Shown: piece by piece, positions 22,001 to 32,761 of the stretch | How the letters are laid out: each line of letters starts with the position of its first letter | Numbering within the stretch: position 1 is the first letter of the stretch | Source: Raillietiella orientalis | Taxonomy: Eukaryota | Assembly (NCBI GenBank): GCA_036172245.1 | Contig: JAYWIR010000027.1 | Span: 868,001-932,000, forward strand | Length of the DNA stretch: 64,000 nt | Direction of reading: 5' to 3' | Notes under the pieces: model-generated | The model's input: only the letters and a program-made list of their open reading frames with translations | Database searches by the model: none | Told to the model about the DNA's origin: nothing | Position numbers and translations under genes: made by a program

Positions 22001-24765
22001 GGAGAGCTGAAAATATTCGCACGGCTGCGCATGCGGATCAGTTCTTGCAGTGGGCGTGGATTGTCGATGGCGCTGCCGTCGAAAGTGCAGGGACCACTTG
22101 TAAGCGCGCAGGCATGCGTCGGCAAGGATCTTTTCCTCCGACGGTTGCCCAGCGAGGCAGCGGTTCCTAGGAACGCCGTGCTGCCGCCGTGACTGCGACT
22201 TCCTGCAATGGGAAGATGCGGATGTCTGCAGCGTCGAGGGGTTCCCGGGAAAGATCACCCCTGCGGATGGTCTTCCCCCGTCGCAGGCGAGGGAAGCCTT
22301 CTGGCGGCGTTTTCCGACCTCTCCAACCCCCCGGTCCGAGAGGGGTTCGGGAAGCGCGACCGGGCTCCGCGCGAGCCCCGGAAGAGGCAGGGACGGGGGA
22401 AGGGGTGGCGGCGGTGTGTCCTCCTCCTCACCTGGAACTTCGTCATCTCGTCGGCCTTAAGCTCCTCGCGCACGAGGATAAGGTTGACCACGTGCCTGGG
22501 CAGCAGGGTAAAGGACCCCAGGTTGAGGACCTCGTTGCCGTGCTCGTCGACGAACTCCAGGACCTGCCGGACGCCGACCCAAGGGCAGCAGTCCCTGAGC
22601 GCGGGTGTCCCCCCCACTCGAGCTCACCTTCTGCACCAGGGACTTGGTGCACTTGTACTGGATGTACTTTTCGGCAGAGGACAGCAGAGCGCAGACCGTG
22701 TCCACGTTGATGCAGCAGGTCACGAACCCCAGGCAGGCGCGCCGCAGCTCCTCCAGCCCGTAGTGGTCGGCGGCATTCAACAGGCCTTCGGGAAAGGCAG
22801 GGTCGTTCCCGGCACCAGATCCATCTCCGAGGGAAGGGGGGAAAGGACCAGCCTCCCGGGGATTCCTCCTCCTCCTCGCGCGGTGACCCCTGGATTCCTG
22901 ATCCCCAACCCGCGCTCCCAGGGAGCCCCGCATCCCAGGGAGCGCCTTGCCCCGGAACCCACACGCGGTCGCCGTCCGTCCTCTACCTACAGGAGGGACC
23001 AACCGGACGAGGGAGCGGCCGCGAGGTCGAGCAAGGTCAAGGGAATCCGCTTCTCCCTCAGCCGCTTGGTATGGTGGCTGCAAGTGGCAGGGAGGAACGC
23101 TCCCCAACCGGGGGTCGTGAGGGGTTACGGAAACACGACCAGCTCCAGGACGGTGGCCGCCCAGGGGAGGCAGACACTCGCCGCGCTTCCTCGGGAGGGA
23201 TTCCTGCAGCCCTTCCTGGCATCCGGGACCGTCCGGGAGGGTTGAGCACGTGTCTCCCGCGTCCCCGTTTGCTGCGACGGGCATCCCCTAGGGGGCGAGC
23301 GCAGGAGCAAACTGTTCGCTCCAGGGGCATGGGGGTGGGGGTATGGATGGTTGGGGGTGGGTGACGCCTACAGTCGCGAGGAAGAGGGGGAACGGGGACT
23401 TCGGAACGCGCGCTGGGGACGGGAAGTTACCTAGCAACGTCCTGGGCTGGAGGGTCACGCATCCGGTGTGGATGTACTCGATGAGCTGCCGGAAGACGTC
23501 GGGCTCGAACTCCTCCACGAGGATCGTCTGGTGGTTCACGCCCTGCGGCTGGAAAAAAAAAAACCTTGGGGGGTGGGTCGCCACGGCAAAGCGATGCCGG
23601 CGGCGCGCGAAAGCTGCAGCGACACGAGGGTGGTCCTTGAGCCGCTCCCCGGGACCGAAAGGAGGGCCGAGACAGCGCTGTGCCCTCGGACGGCGCGGCC
23701 CACGGGCAATGAAACGACCGCCGCCAGCGGTGGGCCGCGAACTTTCCCAAAGGACGCAGGGAGACTGAGAGAGCGGCGCTCTACGGCCTCCAGGTGTCGC
23801 GGGGTCCCAGAGGAAGGGAGGGGGACGGAGGGCTAAGAAAGGCTGGAGGTGCGGCGTCTTGCCGTAACCCCTACGACAGCCCTCCCCAAAGCCTCTCGCG
23901 CGCGCACCCGGCCGGATAGCGGGAAGTCTCGCGCCCACTTACCTCCGGGATGGTAGCCAGTCCGGAAGGACGCATGGTGCCGCCCGTCTTCTGGAAAGGA
24001 GCACCATGTCAGGGCGTGTGGGACACGGGGTGGGGGGCTGGCCTGGGCGCCAGTGCGGGCGGGGGGGGGAAGCCCGGCTCCGAGGAGCGAGGTCCTCTGG
24101 CTCCCGGGCTCTCTTCGGGAGGCGAGGCGGCGCTGACGGGAAGGGCCGCGGCGGCCCCGGGAAGGCTCGGCAGGGAGGTCGAGGGCGGAGACGGGCCCCT
24201 CGCCTGCGGGGACGCACCTGCTGGCCCGCCTGCAGGTTGAGCAGGGGCTCGCTGCTCCTCTTCAGGAAGAGCTTCAGCTTGTTCTCCCTCTGGGCGGGCT
24301 CCTTCTTCCTCTGGGGGCTGGGCGTGGCGTACAGCATCTTGTGGAACACCCTGGAGATGGAGGTCGAGGGTCGTCGGCCATGAGGATGAGAGTGGGTAGT
24401 GCCCTTCTTGCCCTCCGGGGGGACGGCCGGGGGCGGCGCGCGGCCGTCCCTTCCTAGGAGGAGGGAGGCAGCCGCCGCTGCCGCCCTCGGCGCGCGAGGA
24501 AGGAGGCTAGGGCACCAAGCGATTCCCCTTCCGGACCTCCCCCACGAGGGAGGACGAAAGAAGGGGGTGGTGGCTTGAGGACCTACTTGCTGCGCGCCCC
24601 CAGCACGGCCTTGACGGCGCAGACGGGCTCCCGTGTGTCGCCCACCAGGAAGGTCACGTCGCACAGCTCCGGCATGCAGGCTAGGAACTTCATGTCTTCG
24701 GCCAGGCCGGTTTTGTTCTCGAAGAGGCTGAGGTCCTCCTCCTCGACCGCCGCGTCCGAGGTCAT
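19040..24765 (-). CDS. BTB/POZ + BACK-like domain protein ('serine-enriched protein'/gprs-like)
   Basis: Exons 24765-24587, 24350-24218, 23548-23431, 22785-22628, 22563-22432, 19466-19284, 19225-19040. BTB motifs CDVTFLVG...AVLGARSKVFHKML, FEPDVFRQLIEYIHTG and LLNAADHYGLEELRRAC; BACK-like LILVREELKADEMTKFQASLMW; Ser-rich tail. The ATG is directly preceded by CAG, so an upstream exon is possible. Confidence 0.92.
19600..20307 (+). CDS. Antisense ORF nested in the BTB-gene intron; possible distant orphan-family member (copy C)
   Basis: Open frame of more than 230 codons with many G/C-ending codons, while the wobble-sharing antisense frame has stops. Contains DSATPTGVFPR. Start unresolved. Confidence 0.3.
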   Translation, partial: RHGPAIASFHTTAIALRCCGGCCRRRKRTDSATPTGVFPRDCNPNSKGFGERNGNLPLDRDFFKLSLLSGRGLIGESKEVARLLVARVGGTHEDNVPSIRAEVMWVHPQDSWGRKSGDSSKLIGFPVGTNGPTGCAKIKSVRLLETCPSNVFGRHAPVSLQPAIHASLPCRTQQTGFQVSKVSTKEEICVLQGHPFRAKARSEPLAPENFPPLCVEIARFSPLREPEVDRGREGT

Positions 24766-27302
24766 CTGAGCGACGACCCGGACGCCTGGGGGAGGGCGCG
24801 GTCGGTATCAGAGGAACGACTCCCGGAAGGCACCTCCGCGCGCTCCCACCCGGAGGGGATGCGGCGGCCCCTCTCCCGTGACCAGTGCGGGTGGTGCCCC
24901 GCCCCTCTTCCTCCTCTCTCCCACCGGGAGTGAGGGAGGGGCGGGGTGGTGGAGGAGCCCTCTCTTCCCACCTGCGAGGACGCACCCTCCTTTCCGGTGA
25001 GTCGCCGAAGAGGCAGGGATGGGGGGGGCAGAGGAAGGGGACGGATGTGGGGACGGACAAGCAAGGGTGAATGCTCCCCTTCCCTTCCCTCTGGATTTCT
25101 GTGGCAGGTGGGTCGCAGTCGCCGTTGGAGGCCCCTGATCTGAGCACGCGCGTGCAGTGTAGGAAGGGAGGGGGTGGAGGGGGAGGAAGATGCCAAAGGA
25201 GGAAGGAAGGAAGGGAGAGGAGGAAAAGAGGGGAAAAGGGAAGGAGAGGAGAATGCTATGCTCTGCTCCTCCCTTTCCTTCCCTTCTCCTTCCTCCTCCT
25301 CCTCCTTTTCCTCCGTTTTGCTAGTCCGGAGCGCCCGCCGCCGAAGAACTCACGCGAGCACCTGCGCCCTCCGCGCGAAAACCCAGGAAGACCCCTCTGT
25401 TTCTCTTTCTCCCCCCCACCCCACCGTCCCCTCCCCCTTGCAGCAGCTGCTGCCGCCACGTCGACGCCTGCGAGCCTCGCGAAAGCTCCCCGACCACAGC
25501 AGCTGCGCGCGCTCGTCCTCCCTCCCCCTCCTTTCCGTCGCGGACGGCGGGGGGGAAGGCCCGTGCTGGTCGCGCAGCCTTTGTCGTTTTCCTCGGCCCC
25601 TCCCTCCCGCAGGAGCGCTCGAGGCCGTCCCCTCTCTCCCTCCTTCCCCACCCCCGCTTCAACGCCAAGGAGAGGCGTGCGGTCCCGCCGGAGGTCCCTC
25701 ACGAGCCACCCCGCAGCTTCGTGGGGAATAACCGGACCGGACTGGAGAGGGGGCGTGGCTGGGACGGGTGGCGAGGAAGCGGCTGCCGATCACGCTCTTC
25801 CCGCCCTCGCCCCCTTCCCTCTGCTTGGGCTTCCCCTCCCCCGTCGGCTTTTTCGCGCTCCTCCCGAGCGAAGAGTCCCGTTTTACCTTGGCTCATCTTC
25901 CTCTCGCCGCGGGACCACGGGGGAAGGGGGAGGAGGGGGGGCGCCAGGCGTGTGGAAAGCGTGCGGGGAGGCGCCGCTGCTGCCACTCACTCGGGAACGG
26001 GGGCAGGCAGGGAGGAAAGTAGGGGGAGGAGGGGGAGTTCACCGGAGGAGGGGGTGGAGCGGGGGCTCCCCTCCCTCCCGAGACCGACAGCAGCGCTCCT
26101 GGGCGCTTCTGTCCGGGAAGCGCCGGCGCGGAATCCTCTCGCGCGCCGGCGCTGGGATGGAGTGGCGCGCGCGATCGATGCCGCCACCCGGCGGAGCGCG
26201 CCGGAGCTTCGTGCTCGTCCCGGGGGGAGGCGCTGGCGCGGTTCCGCGTTCTCGGCGGTTCGCCTCGGCGAGCGAGCGCGTGCGCTGCGGGTCTCCCAAG
26301 GGACATCGCGAGCCCACGCGCCAGAGGCAGGAAAGCGGGCAAGGGAAAATGGGGTGAAGGCTCCTGAATGTTGATTTGCCGGGAAAGTAAGGGCGCGATG
26401 GAACGGAGTCGGGATGGCGGCGGGGGTTCACCGGGGCGCACCCTGGGGGGATTTTGAGAGGCAACCGTAGCGCCCTCCTGGCTTCTCGGTCGGACGGGGT
26501 CGTCTCCGAGCTCCTGGAAGCAGCGCTTCCGTTCTGCCGTTGCCTCGCTCCCAGCCGATGCCGTGGCGACAGCAGCTCCGCGGACACAGGACGGCTACTG
26601 GTCGAGGCAGTACGGTCAAGAAAGGAGCATCTTCCCGGAGAGCCCACTAGGCCTGTCATGAGGCGCGGACTCCCGGCAGCGATGCGCGTCCACCCACCGG
26701 GGCGGAGCCCACAGCGACCCAGCAACGGGCCCCTGGACGGCCCCGTGCGGAAAAACCAGCTCTCGAGGGTGAAACCGCCGGTTCTTCCGGGCGGGCAGGC
26801 CTACGAAGAGCTCCTTGCATCTCCTTCCTCTCCTTCGGTCTCGTGTCCGGGCCGACGCGGGCAGCCGGATGACCGGGAAGTCTCCGTTGCCCTCGGGACG
26901 CGTTTCCCCTTCCTCAGCGAGGGCGGCGACTCGGGGCGGTTGAGGAGGGGCGGTGGTTAGGACAGGCGGAGAAGGCTGGGCGGACTACCTCTGGTGATCC
27001 CGACGCGCCGAAGGTGAGCCTCTGGGGTGTTGTTCGGGAGGAGTCCACTTAGGCCCTGGTCGCCCTTAAGCCCCGGGCAGAGACAAACGTGGTTGCGGGT
27101 TCGAACCCTCGCACGAGCCCCTCCGGCGCCGTCCGTCCCTCCGCGTCAGCGTCGATCCGACGGTTGCCGCGAGCGCCTCCCCCCTTCAGGTTCCCTGCAG
27201 ATGGGAAGGTGGCGCCTGGTTGTAAGGAACCGTCTGCACGTGGGCGAGGAACCAGGAGCGACGTCCGAAGAAGGCGCGAAGAATCCTGCATGGGTCTTAC
27301 AG

Positions 27303-27771
27303 GAGCTGTCCGCTTCGGGAGATCTGGGAACATCCCGACAAGAAGCATGTGGGCAGGAGGAACCTCCTTCGTCGCAGCGGTGCCCTCCTTGAGGGAGCAC
27401 ACTGTCTTCCGGCTAGACGGGAGGTATCCATGGAGATCTCCGCCAGGAGAAGAGGACTGGGTGAGTGGACGACGGTCCAGCTTATGGACGCTGCGACCCC
27501 GAGCGCCCCACCCCGAAGGCTTCTGCTTTGGGACGAGCTGCCGGATGTTCCGGAGGAAGAGCTGCAGTGGCCCCCGGTGCTCAAGAACAGTAATGCCCTC
27601 CCCTCTAAGTGGTGGGAGTCGGCACTTCTGCTATTGCGCTGGGGCTCCCCTGCAACTCCAGACGACACCACTGGACCCTGGGGAAGGCCAGCCCGGACCG
27701 TAGCAGATGCACGGAACGCGAATTCTCCATCTCGCACCTGTTCGTGGACCGTGCTGCCCTTCGACCCCTAA
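27303..27771 (+). CDS. Orphan protein, paralog A (last exon; 5' exons unresolved)
   Basis: LREIWEHP...LPARREVSMEISAR...TTVQLMDAATPSAPPRRLL...WGSPATPDDTTGPWGRPARTVADA aligns in four colinear blocks with paralog B. Candidate acceptor tcttacag at 27302; AATAAA near 28262. Confidence 0.6.
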
Positions 27772-28251
27772 GAGAACGTTTTGCGACGACCCTCCGGATC
27801 CCGGTTGGTAACCCTCCAGGGACGTTTTATGACTCCTCTTCGTGAGGGATGCCCTTCCGCCAGTTGCAGCAGCCCCAGAAGCTCTCTCCTGCATCCGCGG
27901 GATTGAGGCGGCCTGGAGCGAAGGCGACGGAGGAAGGAATGACAGAGACGCCGTCCAGTTCGCAATTCGCTTTCTGTGGATGGTGGCTAGATGGCCCCAC
28001 CTGGAACCTATTTGGACGGACCTAGCCGGCATTCCAGAAAGGATGCAGAGGACTCCCTCAAGTGCCAATGGTCCCTTCCGGACCCTCCCAGAGATGTTTA
28101 ATTATTTTCATTTACGCTTTTTTTGTTTTTGTTTTCTGCCCTCCGCCTTTGCTGCCGAGGTAACCTCCGCCGGTCTGCGCATCGGAGACCCATCAGATCC
28201 GTGGGCAAACGGGGTGTGGTTTTTCACTCGGTTTTTCCGGGGCATTGATTA

Positions 28252-29383
28252 TTAAAATAATAATAAAAGTGATACCAATTTCAAAAAATACCTCATTCTC
28301 AAAACTTGCCGAAACCGGTACGTAGACCGGCAAGGGAAATGACCCCCTCCCCCCCAAAAGACAAAGGAACAGAAAACAGAAAGGGAGGAAGAGTTTTCTG
28401 GGGCGGGGAAGGGATCAAAATTGACCGCGAGACGTCTGCATCCTGTGCAAGATGCTGACAAGTTTTGTTGTTTCTTCTTCCAGGTGGCTATCTCGTGGCG
28501 GTCCTCAGGAAGATGTGCGCCCAGCGGATGCGTCCCTGACATTCTAACCTTCTCTTCCCGCATTCCGGGCTGCCGCGATCCCGAGGAGCACCGCGAGGGA
28601 TGCCGCTGGCGGCAGTGCAGCACCGCGCACGAAGAGGCATCTGCAAGTGTCCCTGGGGCTGCCCATCGGGGGTTCCTAGGATCGTCGAAAGGCGATCCCA
28701 AAGAGGTGAGTGGGCAACACAGTCTAGCAGGAGGTGCGTAAGGATCTCCTCGCCTCACCTGTCCCACTCCGCACTCACCCTCCCCCCGTGTCCAGCAGCG
28801 AAGGCGCATTTTGCACGTCATTTTCCCATGCGAGACCAGCAACGCCAACTGCCGCCACTCGGAGGAGAGGGCGCCCCTGTTCCAGCACGCTGGGGTTCAC
28901 TTCGCCTCTTACGGAGGTATCGCGAGCAGCTCGTAATAGTCCTTTCGGCGGAGCAGTCGGGGTCGCAGCGTCCTCTAGCTGCCGAGTGGTCATAAGTCTT
29001 GTCCTGTCTTGGATGCGGTAGGACACCTCCAACCTTGTCGAAAGGTCGCTGTCCTTTGCTTCCCTTAGGGAGGGTGGCGTAGGGGTAAGAGGAGCGGACG
29101 AAGCCCACAGCAGGTATCGTGGGTTCAACACGATCTCTTGCAGCGTCTGTCGAGCGTGCCTTCCTTCCCGGAGGCAGGCGCACTCCGCCTCGCTCGAGCC
29201 GTAGGTCCATCTCCACCATGCGGAGACTGACTCCTGGAGCCAGGCAATGATTTTCGCGGGGAGGCAGGAGATCCAGGTGTTCTCCTTCACCGAGGCAACC
29301 ATTTTCCTCATCTCGAGCATCCAGACCCTCAGCATCATGATCGTCGTCAACTGACTGTGGTTGGACCACGCGCGCCCTACCAC
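28252..29383 (-). CDS. Orphan protein, paralog B
   Basis: ORF 29383-28779, phase-2 55-nt intron 28778-28724 (gtgagt...ctag), then exon from 28723: LQEIVLNP...LSTRLEVSYRIQDR...TTRQLEDAATPTAPPKGLL...LGSPFDDPRNPRWAAPGTLADA. Exact ends uncertain. Confidence 0.6.
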
Positions 29384-32300
29384 AATGTTTGTAATTGAAA
29401 ACTGGTGTGAAGGTAAAGAATTCGAAGGATTCGAAAGAAGGGGTTATGGATTAAAGATGAGGACGGAGGAGGGACTTGGGATTCCTAGATGGAAGTTCTT
29501 GTTCAAGGAGATCTTTCATGGCGCTCATGCGGAAGGAATTTCCCGCCGAGAAGAAACGCGCTGGAAATGCATGTCGGAGCAAAAGCACGAAGAGTACCTG
29601 AATTCATCGTGTTCGCCTCGTTCAGGACTGAGCTCTTGAGCTAAAAATACGAAGCCATTCATCATCTAAGAATCATACTGCTGTGAGCTATGGGCATGAG
29701 GATCAAGATTTCCTGAGTATCACGGAAACGACTTTCGAACGCAAGCTGTTGCCGGGAAGCACGAGATATACCTGCGCCGCGAGAGAAGATTAGATTTTCA
29801 AGGATGGATGAACACGTGCTTCCGTCCACTTTCGGGCCACTTTCATACGAGTGAACAAAAACAGTAAAACTTTCGATTTATCCAACCAAGAGCGTATTTC
29901 TTTATCATCTATCGAATCGTCATGGTTACGAAGGAACAATCACAATCTCTTGCTTTTCCTCTTCGAAGGGGATCGGGAATTCAGATATCCAGGAGCCAAG
30001 ATTACGATCTCGAACAATCAACTTCCGTGTTCTGCGCTGCAGAATCAAATGAGTCATATGCAAAAACACCGCTGTAAGATGTCATGAATGCAACAGTTCT
30101 TTGGTGTAAGACTGCTGCAGCCAGTGAAAAGAAGAGATCGAAGTGGGAGTGATGTGGTCGTTGGCAGCTGCATACAAGAAAGAAAGGAATCATCTTAGCC
30201 CACGGTACAAGCAGACTTTCGAAAATCCCTATATGGAGGATGCAAATCCGCCACGAGATTGACAACAGGATGATGCAGGAGGAAAGTCGCAAAGTGGAGC
30301 GATCATCATGATCTGATGATTCGGAAAAAATGAACCATCGATATCTTGAAGTTATCGGCAGATGACGAGAAGTGTCGGCGACTTTGCAGCTCTCAAGCTG
30401 CCCTTATGAGATATCAGCGCAGAAAAATTTTGCGGGAAAATCTTGCTTAAGGGTTTCAACAGGCACTGGATCTTCAAAAAACTGTGCTCTAGAAAGCGAG
30501 AAGGCATAAATCCGGGGGTATGGAGAAGTAAAGCTGGGATCCTACCCATTGTCTCCGTAGCCTCATTAACAATAGTGATTAAAGCTTAATGAAAATAAAT
30601 GATGCATACTGTACTTGGGCTGAATTTTAGTAATTTTACAGGAAGCTCTCGAAAAGTTGGTGCGGCATCGCGCTCCGGAAATAAACGGCACAAAAGCTTA
30701 GAAGTATGACTCGAGAGAGAACGAGAAATTCCTTCTCGTTCTTCGTTCTCACTGTCTAAATATGTATTCCATTCTCATTTTGTACAGTTTTCCCTAAATG
30801 CTTCCCTTCTCTTTCACAATTGACGCATGGTCTCCCAAAGTTGCTCCTGCTATGAGCTCTATTAGAATATTCAAGAAATTCCTCGCCATCCCCAACTTTA
30901 ATACCACCATCATCCTCAGTCATACTTGGTTAATGGATGTACTCAAAAACTCTGATGGCATGGCATCTGCATTAGCTTCCAAACAAGATCAGCTCCCCTT
31001 TCTAATTAGAGATCTCTTCTTATTTGGGTTATCTCCTGCGAAGTATCAGATATTCAGCTGCTAAGCTAATCAGCTGCTTTTCTTTAGCAACTCATATGAG
31101 AGGATACTTGATCCTTCTTGTGTTTGGTTTTCTATCACTCATTTATTGGGATCTTTCTTACAAAACTCCTTCGAGATAAGGATGTCCTTCGAGATTTAGA
31201 GATAATCAGGATAATTAGGATCGTAACAATAAGGATAGAAAAGATAATAATAATAAGGATCTTCGAGAATTAGAGGTAATTTGCAATGGAAGCAAATTAC
31301 ATCTAAATCAAGAAACCAAGAACGATTGAGCAATAAGATTTAAGGAGCATCGACTACTTTGCTGCCCATAAAATTAATATTCTAAGCGGATCAGACTAAT
31401 CCCACGAGTTTGTGCCTACATTACCGAACCCCAGCGAAGAATCCGGCATTCAAATGCTTTGAAGTCCAGGGTCCTCTGTTGTCTGGATTCTTGTAGAAAC
31501 TAGGAAAGTTTACAATAAGGAACTATTTCGATTTTCCCAAAGCATCCATGTTTGTGACCAGCAGACGAACGACGTCTCGACTGGCTAACTTCCCTAACTG
31601 TCTTCTAGATTAAGAGACCAAAAATAATCATTTGCCAGATATAGTTATTTGTTTTGCTTCCCAACTAAAAATAAACTTGAATGTGTAGCCTAGAATACAT
31701 TTTTATAGATGCTGTTCTTCTAAAGGTCGAAATTCTATAAGCGCGAGCTCAGCGAAGAGACCCATATGTGCGACGTCTGTTGTTTTTCTTTTTCCTTTTT
31801 TTTCTACTAAATTGTGTTCCTCTCAGTTACCACCGGATTTTTAATTACCGGCTGTGAACTGGGATGGAAATATAGTTGAAATGAAACACTTGTTCTAAAT
31901 CGAAATCACAGAACTGAGAATCTGCACTTTCTTCTCTATAGATGTCTTCCTTATTTTCCTTTCCTCTTTATTCTCTGCCTACAGGATATTATAAGATGAT
32001 ATGTGAATCTGAGAGATATTAAAAAAATCGGTATTTTTTTATGGATGGAATGGGTCAAAGTGCCAGAAAATGTGTTACCATATCATTTTTACATGATTCT
32101 TTTGAATGGACTATTGGAGGTAAAATAAGAGGATGGCATTCAAACATGAATTGCAACTTCAGGACAGAGCCATTACTCGTAGGACGTTGAATCAAATTTC
32201 ACGACAGTGAGCATTTACTATCAACAGATTCATCCTACTACTGATCCAAAAATGGAAAAAAATAAAATAAAAACACATAATGATTATGAGGATCGATTAA

Positions 32301-32761
32301 AATGATCAAGTGCATTGAATGAGATAATACTTCCTGGGGACTGGGAGGAAATGCAAAGTACTGGAGATTGAATTTTTTCATGATCCTGCTTAAAGTAAAG
32401 CAAACAAGAAAACTGACTAAACGTGTGGTTGAAATTGTACCTGTACAGATCCCTGAATTCTAAATACAAATCATTCACCTCTACAAAATATTTTATATTC
32501 ATACATGTGATTTATATATCATGTGCTCACAAATAATTGTAGTATATCGATGTATTATATGTGTGTGCTGTATGCATCATGGAAATTTTGAAAGAGATCC
32601 CAAAATCTACTTTGATAGTTTGACTTTCTTTGAACTTTAATAATTGAAACCAATTAGTAGAAGTATTCTGAGATCCCAGAATAGCGCGCGAAGGGAGTAG
32701 CTTTCATGTTCAAATGCTAGCAGCTTGAAAAGCCTTTAATGATATGTGCAGGTTGTGTTGA

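Noticed and set aside
2186..26357. Long Arg/Pro/Gly-rich ORFs (e.g. 2186-3613, 23939-25147, 25071-26357)
   Set aside because: Expected from stop-codon scarcity in GC-rich introns and promoters; only the embedded exon segments are supported.
27095..27112. tRNA T-arm-like gcgggttcgaaccctcgc
   Set aside because: No A-box/D-arm, anticodon arm or acceptor stem.
27461..27480. GTGAGT...CAG mini-intron inside paralog A
   Set aside because: Only 20 nt, it would shift the frame, and it would remove residues conserved with paralog B.
30790..31280. Possible decayed transposon ORF and short direct repeat (aaggat..cttcgaga.ttagag.taat)
   Set aside because: No RT, integrase or transposase motif and no terminal repeats identifiable.
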